IMG/VR virus record: IMGVR_UViG_3300037484_000914
Length of the DNA: 52,886 nt
Reading direction: 5' to 3' (one strand)
Source of the DNA: a virus
The notes beneath the pieces were generated by a model that saw only the letters and a list, made by a program, of their open reading frames with translations, was not told where the DNA came from and ran no database searches. The position numbers and the translations under genes are program-made. Positions within the stretch are counted from its first letter, which is position 1, and each line of letters starts with the position of its first letter. Positions 34,438 to 43,588 of this stretch are shown piece by piece.

Positions 34438-34555
34438 ATTGGCTCCTCGTGCGGGACTCAAACCACGCTTTCTTCCCCTTTAGAGATGTTCTTACAAGAA
34501 CTAATTTCTTCTCTAATCAAGAGATGTTCTTTCCTAGAAACTACCGAGGAATAAA

Positions 34556-34738
34556 TCACTTACCTAATAGGATGAATCCACCAGCAGCAACAGCGAGTAT
34601 CGCCAAGCCGGATTGAACCATCACTACAGATGTAGGTGCAAGGTGCAGCTGGCCGCTAATTAAGAAGAAGATGCCTCCTAAAATAAGCAGCAGAGCAAGT
34701 AACACCAAGCCTATGTTTTTGATAAAATTGATGTCCAT
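34556..34738 (-). CDS. small two-TM membrane protein (uncertain)
   Basis: hydrophobic 60-aa ORF within the RNA island. Confidence 0.25.
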   Translation of the reverse strand: MDINFIKNIGLVLLALLLILGGIFFLISGQLHLAPTSVVMVQSGLAILAVAAGGFILLGK

Positions 34739-35621
34739 TTTTACCTCTTATGTTTATATCGGGGAATGTAATGAGCGGGGTGTGGTCTCTGAACGATGTA
34801 ACCCCGGTCGTCACCACCGATATTGATTTACTGTGAACATTAGGGAAGGGGCGAACTGGCCTTTTTGTTATTGAAAACGAAGGATTCCAGTCCTACACCA
34901 CTAATGTCCTATGAAGAAAGGAGGTGACTCAGATACCTCTCAAGGGATTAAAAGAAAATAGCCTCACCTTCCACCTCAAAAGGTTCAGGAGTATTTATTG
35001 CTATCCTCTTGGTACTCCCTCTTGAAGTACCCTCGTACCCTCAAATATAGTACCCTTGAGGGGTAAAGATAAATATTAAATATCTATCTTATATAAGGCG
35101 TGCTATTAGCACTATAACTAAGACGATTACCAGTATCTCTATTATTCCCATCTGCTTTACCTGCCTATGAAGATAAGAACACCAGCCACAATAGCAAGTA
35201 TTCCTAGCAAGACGTGTAGAACCGGGTTGCCTACCGATAGAACGACACAGATGCCGCTTATGATAAGCCAGATTGCTAGTAATAGTAAGCCCCAACTTCC
35301 TTGTATAGTCATTTTCTTATACCTCCATCCAAACATAAAGGTGTTGATATTATCTCTACTTTATATTTGGCAGATGGTCAGTAAAATACCAGGGAAGCGG
35401 CGTAATGAACTTTGTCCTTGCGGACTCTGGAATCGAACCAGTTTCATTGTTTTTGAGACAATTGTGTTACCATTTCACGATGAAGTTCACCACTATCACC
35501 ACTGATATCTATCTGTTGTTAAAGGGTGCAGTTATTTCGTCATGCACCAGGACGGCATTGGCTACCTTTCGGCACCTAGCTATTGTTTATTGAGGGAAGA
35601 GGCGATGTGGCCTTATGTTGC

Positions 35622-35697
35622 ACTTTTGCTCTACCAGACTGAGCTACACGGCCATAGTTGGTGGCCGCGACACGGATTCGAACCGGTGACCTAAAGT
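35622..35697 (-). ncRNA. apparent circularly permuted tRNA gene (3' half - ACTAT - 5' half)
   Basis: minus-strand order: acttt-aggtc-caccgg-TTCGAAT-ccgtg-TCGCGGCC-A-CCA-actat-GGCCGTG-t-a-GCTC-AGTCTGGTAG-GAGC-a-AAAGT. The two acceptor strands pair 7/7 (one G.U), and the anticodon-stem halves aaagt/acttt pair 5/5 only if the 5' half is placed upstream of the 3' half. Confidence 0.45.
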
Positions 35698-36450
35698 TTC
35701 TATTGCGAAGGATTCCACTTCTGCACCACTCAATATTTATTTCTTGTGGGGGAGCGACCCCCAATCTTCGAATCCACCTCAGACCTGCTACCGGTCCCGC
35801 CAATCTGTAAGGCAGAAGCGTCGATTTTTTATACGAGGGAAGAGGCGGGTAGGTACATTTACAGCCCTTTTAGGGCCGTCCCGTGGTTTGAAACGAAGTA
35901 TCCCTACTCTACACCACTCGTATTTATTTTCTTGTGCATGAACCCATTTGAGGGAAGCTAGCGAAAAGGGCAAGTGATTTTTAAATTAACGACCCACTCG
36001 TCGCCGTAGCGGAGCGCAATCTATTAATCTTGCAGGTTTCGATAACGCCTGCTATTGCCTTTGTCTTTAGTTATGTATTGAAGTATCCCTTCTCTACACC
36101 ACTCGGGCTTCGTAAGCCTGCTGTTGGTTCATGCCTATGTAGTCAACCTTTCATGCAAATAGGCAAGTCAAAAGAAATTTAGGGGACTTTCCTGTCAGTG
36201 TCTCATATTCCTTTGTTTTGGCCTCCGAGACAGATGTGCATTATTTGGCTGCTAATAGCTTGGTCCGCGCCCCTAGCTTTAGGCTAGGGAATGTTTTAAG
36301 CGCGGTTAATGGTGGCCGCCTTTCCTGGGGTTCGAACCCAGGCCACTTAAATCCTTACTTACTGCCCAGGGATAGAACTGTCGATTATAAGCTTAACTAT
36401 ATAAACAGCTTTCGTTAAATAAGCTCCTCCAACCAGACTAAAGGCGATAA

Positions 36451-36533
36451 TGGTGGGCCGCCCTGGATTTGAACCAGGAATGCCGAAGCGCCGAGGTTAC
36501 AGCTCGGTGGTTTACCGTTCACCCAACGACCCA
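36451..36533 (-). tRNA. tRNA-Tyr(GTA), class II
   Basis: acceptor GGGTCGT/GCGGCCC (two G.U), anticodon arm ccgag-ctgtaac-ctcgg, variable hairpin with a cttcgg loop, T-loop GGTTCAAATCC, CCA encoded. Confidence 0.6.
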
Positions 36534-36602
36534 TTAAAGGGGACAAAGGCATATGCACTAAAGGGACGTTGTCACGCGTGATTAGCCCTTATCCCACACT
36601 GC

Positions 36603-36947
36603 TTAGCAGCAGCCACAAGCTATATAGTTAGGAACTACACAGCCACAGGGCTCTGCTACAATAACTCTCAATACAGGATCTTTTGGGGCTTCCCAGTTTC
36701 CCTCACAGGAGGTCCTGAGGTCCTCGATCCTGCCTTCCAGTTCTTCACTCATGATGTGAAGGTCAGCTATCTGTGGCAGCACTTTTGCTTTCTCGCCGCA
36801 TGCGGTGGAATTGAATCGGGCTGCTATATCGTCGATCTTGCCTTTTACGTCGACAAGTTCTTTCGTCATGTTGTTGCAATATGTATGGAGTTTCATTGTT
36901 CTACTCCTTCTTGTGAGCATTTGAAATGCCCCGGTTATGTCCCCCAA
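36603..36947 (-). CDS. Cys-rich hypothetical protein
   Basis: C-terminal AEPCGCVVPNYIACGCC. Confidence 0.35.
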   Translation of the reverse strand: MGDITGAFQMLTRRSRTMKLHTYCNNMTKELVDVKGKIDDIAARFNSTACGEKAKVLPQIADLHIMSEELEGRIEDLRTSCEGNWEAPKDPVLRVIVAEPCGCVVPNYIACGCC

Positions 36948-37197
36948 CAGGGACCGAACTGGATAAGGACCAAGCTCGAATTGCTTGTAAGCTCCTTTAC
37001 CTAGTCATAACGCTAGGGCTCCAGTATGTGCGCATGCACGTCTTTTGTCTTGATCCTTATCCCGAATATTCATTAAATATACCTTATTAGGGTAAGTGGG
37101 ACTTACTAATAAAGGCATATTAGAAAGTGCATGCATAGGTATATTATGGGAACCTCTTGTTATGACACAGTGCCTTTCAAAAAGTTCCCGTAATTTT

Positions 37198-37812
37198 TCA
37201 TCCAAACGGAAGCTCAAATAGAGCCTTGAGCTTTTCCTTTAACTTATTGATATGATGTCCTTTTGGCCCGTAAGCCCGGTTCACTTTCTGGATGATCTTC
37301 TCTCGTTGATCCCGAAGTTTTTTGAACTTGACCCGGTGAATTCCCGACATTTGTCCGGTGGCCAGCATATGAGAATAATGCCGTGATTCGTTCCATATCC
37401 TTCGCTCTTCCGCTGTGCAGATACGAAACTTATCCCTATTTATTATGGCATCATACCACAATGCGATAGCGACGGAAGCCATCACATGTGCTCTTGGTCC
37501 TTTGATCACATAACAGCCTTGTCCGTCGTTGGCTGTTACGCGTCCTACCGTATGTCCTGGCATGTATAGTTGCTCTATTACTTCCTTGTTGGGGCTACCT
37601 GGAACCATCCCGTTGTAGGATATGTTGGTAGGCCGTTCCAACCCGTCTTCATGTATACAGCGCAGCTGCGCATACGGGGCAACCTCATAGGCTATCGGAC
37701 CTGACAGCCCATGATTCTGAATCTCTTTCACTATGTCTCCATGGTAAAAGAAGACTCTTTCTTGTAATGCTTGTGCATTGACCACTGCTGGCGTAAGCAG
37801 TAATAATGCCAT
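37198..37812 (-). CDS. secreted protein, possible Cys/His peptidase (CHAP/NlpC-like) cell-wall hydrolase
   Basis: signal peptide MALLLLTPAVVNAQA; conserved-looking GQGCYVIKG ... H residues; weak. Confidence 0.3.
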   Translation of the reverse strand: MALLLLTPAVVNAQALQERVFFYHGDIVKEIQNHGLSGPIAYEVAPYAQLRCIHEDGLERPTNISYNGMVPGSPNKEVIEQLYMPGHTVGRVTANDGQGCYVIKGPRAHVMASVAIALWYDAIINRDKFRICTAEERRIWNESRHYSHMLATGQMSGIHRVKFKKLRDQREKIIQKVNRAYGPKGHHINKLKEKLKALFELPFG

Positions 37813-38187
37813 GGTTATTAGCCTTAGTTTAATTTTACCATCCCCTTATCTGATCCCATACCCACCGCGGAAACCTTAACCCCAACTTGGCAATTCTCAG
37901 GGCTTCTTCCCTGGAATAACTGCCGTCGTGTTCTCTCCTGAACCTGTCGGCCAAGTTCTTTATCTTTCTCTCTGTATTGTGTCTTCTCTCCCCGCGGTTA
38001 CGCATTCAGCTAGGACCTCCCTACAGATTTCTTTGCTCATTAGACGTCTCCATCTAATAGCTCTTCTTTTAGCATGGCCCCGGCGTCCGCCAGAAGCTCC
38101 CCGCCCGCTTTTCCAGTCCATGTCTTCATGCCAACAAAGCGGGAATCTACTCCATATACGATCTTTCATGGGACCTCAGATTTGTTG

Positions 38188-38262
38188 TGGCTCACTCGGC
38201 TGGGCTCGAACCAGCAACATTTCGGTTAACAGCCGAACGCTCTGCCATTGAGCTACGAGTGA
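38188..38262 (-). tRNA. tRNA-Asn(GTT)
   Basis: acceptor TCACTCG/CGAGTGA, anticodon arm ttcgg-ctgttaa-ccgaa, T-loop GGTTCGAGCCC, CCA encoded. Confidence 0.7.
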
Positions 38263-38273
38263 ACAGTTTCTTG

Positions 38274-38347
38274 TGGCTCCGGAGGAGGGACTCGAACCCC
38301 CATGTCGTGGTTAACAGCCACGCATAATGCCTTTATATCACCCCGGA
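38274..38347 (-). tRNA. tRNA-Asn(GTT), second copy with divergent D-arm
   Basis: anticodon arm cgtgg-ctgttaa-ccacg, T-loop GGGTTCGAGTCCC, CCA encoded; D region atataaaggcattat lacks the usual GG. Confidence 0.5.
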
Positions 38348-38353
38348 ATCTTC

Positions 38354-38812
38354 TTAACGGTGCCGGATAATTGCGCTGGTTCCGTAGGGTATCTCAATGC
38401 TCGTGATCTGAAACTCTACCCCGCAGCGGACAACAATCCTGTCGTTCACCAAAGAGGAAATGCGTGTAAACACCGTAAGGTCTTCATCGTAAACTTCTTT
38501 GGCTGAAATTTCTGCAGCAGCGATGTGTACTGCTTGCCGCGCCAAGATGTCGGTGCCTGGACATCTAGTTCTGCCTAGGAAGTGGCCTTTTATAATCGCG
38601 TGAACGCCGTCACTAAGTAGCACCTGGCTTGTAAAATATACATCCCCGGCATACTCCGCCCGCTTGATGTCCGCGATCTGTTCCTTGATTTGAGCATCTT
38701 GCTGCACCAGGGCATTAATCCCGAAAGCAAGAGCCGTTATAATCACGGCCCCTAACACCACAGACCTAACGGACAGAAGGCTAATACCTTCGTTCGGCTC
38801 TATCGACTTCAC
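38354..38812 (-). CDS. membrane-anchored hypothetical protein (152 aa)
   Basis: N-terminal TM helix. Confidence 0.4.
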   Translation of the reverse strand: MKSIEPNEGISLLSVRSVVLGAVIITALAFGINALVQQDAQIKEQIADIKRAEYAGDVYFTSQVLLSDGVHAIIKGHFLGRTRCPGTDILARQAVHIAAAEISAKEVYDEDLTVFTRISSLVNDRIVVRCGVEFQITSIEIPYGTSAIIRHR

Positions 38813-38840
38813 GGCACGCTTCCTTTCTTCAGTTGGAACG

Positions 38841-39407
38841 TTATTTCCTCGGACCTATTTTTCCGTGGTACACGGGCCTTGGGTCAGGATCTGGCTTTAT
38901 CAGCACCGCTTCATGGTCCTTCAGTACTAGGAACTTCTTCTGCCCCTCAAGAACAAAGTATAGTCCCTTGTTGTTACCACTTCTCCCGAATGCGACGTTG
39001 CCTATGCCAGCATACAGCAACATCCCTTTTTCCGAATACAGGGAGAAGGTTGGCGGGAGCGGGGTTAGGTACACCGCGGGTTGCGCTGTCGCTTTGGGCA
39101 GATCGCCCATCATGCCGCCCCAAGCTGTAGAGGCAGCAAGGATTATGTATATGATGCAAGCCGCGATTCCGACAATCGCGAGGCTCTTTTGTTTGGCTTT
39201 CTTCAGTGTCAGATTGTCCCGCAGGATTTGGAAGAACTGCCAGCCCCCTGAACAGGCCGGAAATAGATCTCTATGTGCCTTCAGGGTGCCGTCGCGCATC
39301 AACGGTAGCGTAACCTCAGTGGCTATGGCTCCTGCTCCAATAGTAGCACCGATGTCCTCTCCACACACATAGATGTGGCCCGCGCTGTCTATCACTACAT
39401 TCTTCAT
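38841..39407 (-). CDS. hypothetical protein (188 aa)
   Basis: ORF only. Confidence 0.4.
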   Translation of the reverse strand: MKNVVIDSAGHIYVCGEDIGATIGAGAIATEVTLPLMRDGTLKAHRDLFPACSGGWQFFQILRDNLTLKKAKQKSLAIVGIAACIIYIILAASTAWGGMMGDLPKATAQPAVYLTPLPPTFSLYSEKGMLLYAGIGNVAFGRSGNNKGLYFVLEGQKKFLVLKDHEAVLIKPDPDPRPVYHGKIGPRK

Positions 39408-39420
39408 GCTGTTCCTCTCC

Positions 39421-39732
39421 TTAATGCGCCATGAACTTGAGGTTCACTGACATTTGGTTGTCTGACTTGCCATCGGCTAGGTCTACCCCCAGTTTTACTC
39501 CCATCAGGAATAAATCCTCAATAACCAGGTGTGGCTCCAGGCCCAAAAGCATGCCAGCCACCATAGACTCCTTGGCCAGACGGTTAGCCCAGGCTCTGAT
39601 TTCTGGGTCTACCAATTCCGCAAGTTCCCCTGCAAGCATTTTGCCGCCCTCTACAGGGTCTCGAACGAGTTGCAGTTTTTTCATCCCCTCTGCTTGTACT
39701 CTTTTCAGATCATCAATGCTAAATCTGGGCAA
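39421..39732 (-). CDS. hypothetical protein (103 aa)
   Basis: ORF only. Confidence 0.4.
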   Translation of the reverse strand: MPRFSIDDLKRVQAEGMKKLQLVRDPVEGGKMLAGELAELVDPEIRAWANRLAKESMVAGMLLGLEPHLVIEDLFLMGVKLGVDLADGKSDNQMSVNLKFMAH

Positions 39733-39748
39733 TTGATTTCCTTTCTTG

Positions 39749-39823
39749 TGGTCCAGAGAGTGAGAATCGAACTCACAATGGGGTGGATATGAGCCACCTG
39801 CCGCACCACTTGGCCTCCTCTGG
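39749..39823 (-). tRNA. tRNA-Met(CAT)
   Basis: anticodon arm ggtgg-ctcatat-ccacc, T-loop GAGTTCGATTCTC, CCA encoded. Confidence 0.65.
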
Positions 39824-40013
39824 ATCTATGCTCTACTTCTTGAGAGCCTGTTCCTGTAAGCTACGCACTGTAAACTGGTAGTCTGAGACTGTCCTTCTAA
39901 GGATGGCGATTTCTTCGTCCCTCTCCTTCAGAGTTTGTTTCAGATCCAAGACTTCGCGCTCACACTCCCTCAGGTCGTCCCCAAGTCCATACACCATGGT
40001 TACTCAACTTTCT

Positions 40014-40196
40014 TTACCATGCTTGTTCCTTCTGGATCTTAAATCCAAAACTATCCAACTTATTGCTCGCCTCTTCGTAAACTATCAGAGGGAAATGACA
40101 AGCAGGGCAATATTTGACGCTGTGTCCAGATTCGTGCACAGCGTCATTATAATCCCTAAGGTCTTTTTTACAATTAGGGCAGACGTTTAACGCCAT
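40014..40196 (-). CDS. small zinc-ribbon protein
   Basis: CPNCKKD ... CPACH. Confidence 0.4.
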   Translation of the reverse strand: MALNVCPNCKKDLRDYNDAVHESGHSVKYCPACHFPLIVYEEASNKLDSFGFKIQKEQAW

Positions 40197-40209
40197 TGTT
40201 TGTTCCTTG

Positions 40210-40284
40210 TGGTAGGGCTACGGGGAATCGAACCCCGGAATACAGATCGAAAGTCTGTTATGATAGCCGCTTCATCATAGCCCC
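40210..40284 (-). tRNA. tRNA-Glu(TTC)
   Basis: anticodon arm acaga-ctttcga-tctgt, T-loop GGTTCGATTCC, CCA encoded. Confidence 0.7.
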
Positions 40285-40507
40285 ACATCAGTCAATACAG
40301 ATGTTGTTTCCCTCCTTGGTTGTAAGATTCACATCCAGGTAGGTTCCAACTAGGTCGCCACACCTATCCCACTCGTTGTAGCTGTTTACCTCTAATGTTG
40401 ATCCATCAGAGAACGTGATTTCCATCTCTCCCTCATCAATCATCTTCCAATCGGTGATGATGAGACCTACGAGTGGTTTTTCTTCTGCATTGTTCTACGT
40501 CATTTTT

Positions 40508-40780
40508 CTACATCCTTCTTTTGTTTAACATTTCTTTGGTAACAAGACTTTTCATCCAGTCTCGTGCACCGGTCCAGTATTCCTTCCCGCCCGCATCGCT
40601 ACAGTCGAGCATGTATTGGGCTTCGAGTAGCTGGTCTACTAAGAACATAGCGTGCGCTCGTTCCACGTTTTCGATTGGTACTGTTTCGGGCTCGGGGTTT
40701 TTACACGCCCGAGGAAACTCAATAACACCCATTAAATACCTCTTTTGGTAGTCCCTGGGGGAATCGAACCCCCGTCGCAT
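40508..40780 (-). CDS. hypothetical protein (90 aa)
   Basis: ORF only. Confidence 0.35.
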   Translation of the reverse strand: MRRGFDSPRDYQKRYLMGVIEFPRACKNPEPETVPIENVERAHAMFLVDQLLEAQYMLDCSDAGGKEYWTGARDWMKSLVTKEMLNKRRM

Positions 40781-40820
40781 GGCTGAGAACCATGTATCCT
40801 AGCCGCTAGACGAAGGGACC
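40746..40820 (-). tRNA. tRNA-Glu(CTC)
   Basis: GTCCCTTCGTCTAGCGGCTAGGATAC 5' half as in bacterial tRNA-Glu; anticodon arm catgg-ttctcag-ccatg; CCA encoded. Confidence 0.7.
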
Positions 40821-41021
40821 AAACACTGTTATTTTCAGCGGTTTCCTGTCAGCGACGTCTGCCTCCCCCTTCTTGGTAAGCGTCATGTTGCCAGAACCCC
40901 TGATAGCGTTTTTCATAACACTGGGTTTCACCCTAAAATAGCCAGCAAGAGTTAGGTAGTCTGCTGCTCCCAGCCTCTCCAAGTAGGAGTAGACTTCTGC
41001 AGGATCCACTGTCTTATTCAT
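40806..41021 (-). CDS. hypothetical protein (71 aa)
   Basis: ORF only. Confidence 0.3.
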   Translation of the reverse strand: MNKTVDPAEVYSYLERLGAADYLTLAGYFRVKPSVMKNAIRGSGNMTLTKKGEADVADRKPLKITVFGPFV

Positions 41022-41292
41022 GGTTCTTCCCTGTCGTTACTGTTGCCCTGCTTGAAATATGATAGGCATCGCCCCAATTCAATGCAGGGTATTTGTCTTT
41101 CTTGGTCCACCTGATTGTGGAATAATTCCTACAGTAGTGGCATTGCATAGTTACCGAATACTCGATTCCTATGTCGTTCCAGCTTTCATCCTGCCACCTG
41201 TTACGGTTGCAGTGCGGGCAATGGCACTCTACATAATGGTCATGCTTCGTAGGTGTCTTGCCGCTGGGCTGCTTGATTACTGCGTGTCTCAT
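41014..41292 (-). CDS. Cys/His-rich small protein (zinc-binding, HNH-like?)
   Basis: HYVECHCPHCNRNRW ... CHYCRNY. Confidence 0.35.
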   Translation of the reverse strand: MRHAVIKQPSGKTPTKHDHYVECHCPHCNRNRWQDESWNDIGIEYSVTMQCHYCRNYSTIRWTKKDKYPALNWGDAYHISSRATVTTGKNHE

Positions 41293-41606
41293 GTGTCGCG
41301 CTCTTCGGCCTGCGCCTTTACTCGGCGCTCCTGTGAACGTGAAAACGTTCCCCGTGTGAACCTGGGAACCATTTCCCCCTCATACTTGACCATGTCCATC
41401 CACATGCTCAAAGGTCGCACCCAATAATGTCCGTCCACTACTGGCAGCGCAGCGTAGCACACCAGGTCTTCGCCCGTTTCAGTGTGTTGGGCAATTACTA
41501 CCACTTGGTATAGGCCACCTTTGAAATGCCTCCAGATCTGCCCTGCCATAGGACCGAGTCTGGGCTGGTCCTGCTCTATCCACACCCCGTTAGGTGCTTG
41601 GTTCAT
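41289..41606 (-). CDS. hypothetical protein (105 aa)
   Basis: ORF only. Confidence 0.35.
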   Translation of the reverse strand: MNQAPNGVWIEQDQPRLGPMAGQIWRHFKGGLYQVVVIAQHTETGEDLVCYAALPVVDGHYWVRPLSMWMDMVKYEGEMVPRFTRGTFSRSQERRVKAQAEERDT

Positions 41607-42410
41607 TTAACACCCCACATCTGCATCTACAGTGGTGTAGGATGGGCTCCCGTAAAGAGCTGGTCCTACCCATACTGCTATCCTATCGTTTATGTTAACG
41701 CGGACTTCTTCGTGTGTGTGTCCGCACAGCACAGAAATCCGGGCCTTTGTTTTTTTCGCAACGTCCTCCAGAGCTTTCCCCATGCCTACATTTGAGAAGT
41801 GCGGTATATACTCAGGGCTCGTGGGTCCGTGCGCGTACCTGCAGGCTTTCACAAACGGCGGAGCATGCGTCACCACTATGACATGTTGTCTCTCTGTAGG
41901 CTCTATTATTTTGCTAATCTGTGTCCTCAGCCTGCGCGATGCTATGTCCGCTTGGGTTTGCATCAGAGAGAAGGTAGCCCCTACCGACAGGCCCCTGAAA
42001 TCAGAGATAGCTCGATAATCATTGACCAGGAAACCAGACCTCTGTCCCATACCTGCACGCCCGTCTGCCCAGCCATCATGGCCAACCAAGAATGTTTTCT
42101 CGGTGAGCCTTATAGGGACTGACTCAGTGAGCCAGAATAAATTCTTGTGATCCTTTACGGACCTTCGTACCATGTCATGCACATAAGCAAAGCTGCTCTC
42201 GTATATGTCATGGTTACCCAAAACAAAGTAGATAGGCATAGGCAACTGTGAAAATCTTCTCAAATGGTATTTGATAGTTTTCGAGTAACTTATGTCCCCA
42301 CTTACAATAATTCCCTCTGTTTCTGACTCGGCCAGCGCCGTGAAGAAAGCTTCTAGTTTCTCGTCAGACAGCCACTCCAGGTGTGGGTCTGTTACCCATG
42401 CTAACTGCAT
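41607..42410 (-). CDS. calcineurin-like metallophosphoesterase
   Basis: motifs DPH (VTDPHLEW), GD (VSGDISYS), GNHD (VLGNHDIY), GHxH region. Confidence 0.75.
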   Translation of the reverse strand: MQLAWVTDPHLEWLSDEKLEAFFTALAESETEGIIVSGDISYSKTIKYHLRRFSQLPMPIYFVLGNHDIYESSFAYVHDMVRRSVKDHKNLFWLTESVPIRLTEKTFLVGHDGWADGRAGMGQRSGFLVNDYRAISDFRGLSVGATFSLMQTQADIASRRLRTQISKIIEPTERQHVIVVTHAPPFVKACRYAHGPTSPEYIPHFSNVGMGKALEDVAKKTKARISVLCGHTHEEVRVNINDRIAVWVGPALYGSPSYTTVDADVGC

Positions 42411-42563
42411 TGTGCCTCCCCTTAGTTAATAAGTGGTATCTCTAGGCACACAGTTTCTGGGACTGCGGTCGGGTGCTTAGTGATCTCAAAATCATAGACC
42501 ACCGCGCCCGCGAAACTTATGGCCACCGCCATGCCTTTATAATTGGACAACTCCTCAATGAGT

Positions 42564-42839
42564 TCATCCACGGTTGTTACCTTGAATCCGCTCATGTTTT
42601 CCCCTGACTGTGCTGTACACAACAACAGTTACTGGTTGGTGGCAAAATCCGAAAGGAAGATCCCACGTGTTATTTTTTGTTTCCGCAAGGTCCGTCGTTA
42701 CGAATCCCCCGTCCACAAGAAATTGAGCTACATCGTCGCGGGACTGAGCAACTGTAACTATGCGGACGTGCACGTCTGAGTCAAGAAAATCTGTCACAAA
42801 CGCCCTAAAGCCTTTATCAGGTGGATCAGTTGAACCCAT
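42564..42839 (-). CDS. hypothetical protein (91 aa)
   Basis: ORF only. Confidence 0.35.
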   Translation of the reverse strand: MGSTDPPDKGFRAFVTDFLDSDVHVRIVTVAQSRDDVAQFLVDGGFVTTDLAETKNNTWDLPFGFCHQPVTVVVYSTVRGKHERIQGNNRG

Positions 42840-42843
42840 TTAA

Positions 42844-42920
42844 TATCCTTTCTTGTGGAGGCGACGGCAGGATTCAAACCTGCGCATACGTGGGTTGCAA
42901 CCACGCGCCTTAAATCACTT
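42844..42920 (-). tRNA. tRNA-Cys(GCA)
   Basis: acceptor GGCGACG/CGTCGCC, anticodon arm cgtgg-ttgcaac-ccacg, T-loop GGTTTGAATCC, CCA encoded. Confidence 0.65.
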
Positions 42921-43109
42921 GGCCACGTCGCCCTCGTCTCTGTCCAGGAAAGCTCTGATAGCTACTGGTGCAAATATTACTACCTCGGCTACCCACACGA
43001 AGAGTAGCACGTAAGCAGCGGCCTTAAATGCTACAATAGGTAGACAGTATAGTATCACTACTAATGCTGCCAAAATTACTAGCAGCTCCACGCCGTGTTT
43101 TATTTCCAC
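42915..43109 (-). CDS. small two-TM membrane protein
   Basis: hydrophobic 64-aa ORF; 5' end overlaps tRNA-Cys by a few nt. Confidence 0.3.
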   Translation of the reverse strand: MEIKHGVELLVILAALVVILYCLPIVAFKAAAYVLLFVWVAEVVIFAPVAIRAFLDRDEGDVAK

Positions 43110-43126
43110 TTATTCTCTCTTTCTTG

Positions 43127-43204
43127 TGGTGGAGACTACGGGAATCGAACCCGTGACCTGCTGATTGCGAACCAGCCGCTCTCCCATAGCTGAGCTAAGT
43201 CCCC
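43127..43204 (-). tRNA. tRNA-Ala(CGC) with G3:U70
   Basis: acceptor GGGGACT/AGTCTCC giving G3.U70; anticodon arm gctgg-ttcgcaa-tcagc; CCA encoded. Confidence 0.65.
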
Positions 43205-43215
43205 ATCTTACAACT

Positions 43216-43578
43216 CTAGGTTGTTTTTGCTATTCTGTTGCCCTCGGCCTCATCGACATACACGTTGCGGGCCTCGTAATCCATGCACTCCGAGTCATCG
43301 AGCCCTATGTAAGAGCAGATGATTATGATATCACCGACTACTACCTTACGGGCGGCCGCCCCATTCAAGCAAATGACACCAGAGCCAGGTCTCCCGCTAA
43401 CTACGTAGGTAGAGAATCTCTCTCCGTTGTAGACGTTGTAGATGTGAACTTGCTCGTAGGGAACGATGTTTGCTGCATCAAGAAGAAGTGAATCTATCGT
43501 GATGCTGCCCTCGTAGCCGAGATTGGACTCGGTGACCCTAGCCCGGTGAATCTTTGATTTCAGCATCTTTCGTTGCAT
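43216..43578 (-). CDS. panD: aspartate 1-decarboxylase (pyruvoyl-dependent PanD)
   Basis: [38 protein letters not shown] ... [36 protein letters not shown] matches E. coli PanD including the Gly-Ser self-cleavage site (YEGS); the ORF extends to 43620 but MQRKML at 43578 matches the family N-terminus. Confidence 0.85.
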   Translation of the reverse strand: MQRKMLKSKIHRARVTESNLGYEGSITIDSLLLDAANIVPYEQVHIYNVYNGERFSTYVVSGRPGSGVICLNGAAARKVVVGDIIIICSYIGLDDSECMDYEARNVYVDEAEGNRIAKTT

Positions 43579-43588
43579 AGCTAAATCC

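Larger units (their letters stand above)
32830..36600 (-). repeat. about 3.8 kb non-coding island of tRNA and tRNA-like elements with repeated GAGGGAAG.. and GAGTGGTG..AGGGATACTTCG motifs
   Basis: T-arm signatures at about 32895, 33293, 33877, 34313, 34390, 35410, 35674, 35770; repeat copies at 32826, 33801, 34815, 35586, 35823, 35945 and at 32788, 33855, 35700, 35890, 36080; only short dubious ORFs. Confidence 0.5.

Noticed and set aside
32830-36600. CRISPR array interpretation of the repeat-rich RNA island
   Set aside because: The repeats are not regularly spaced direct repeats of constant length with unique spacers. They are degenerate and associated with tRNA-like structures, and no cas genes are present.
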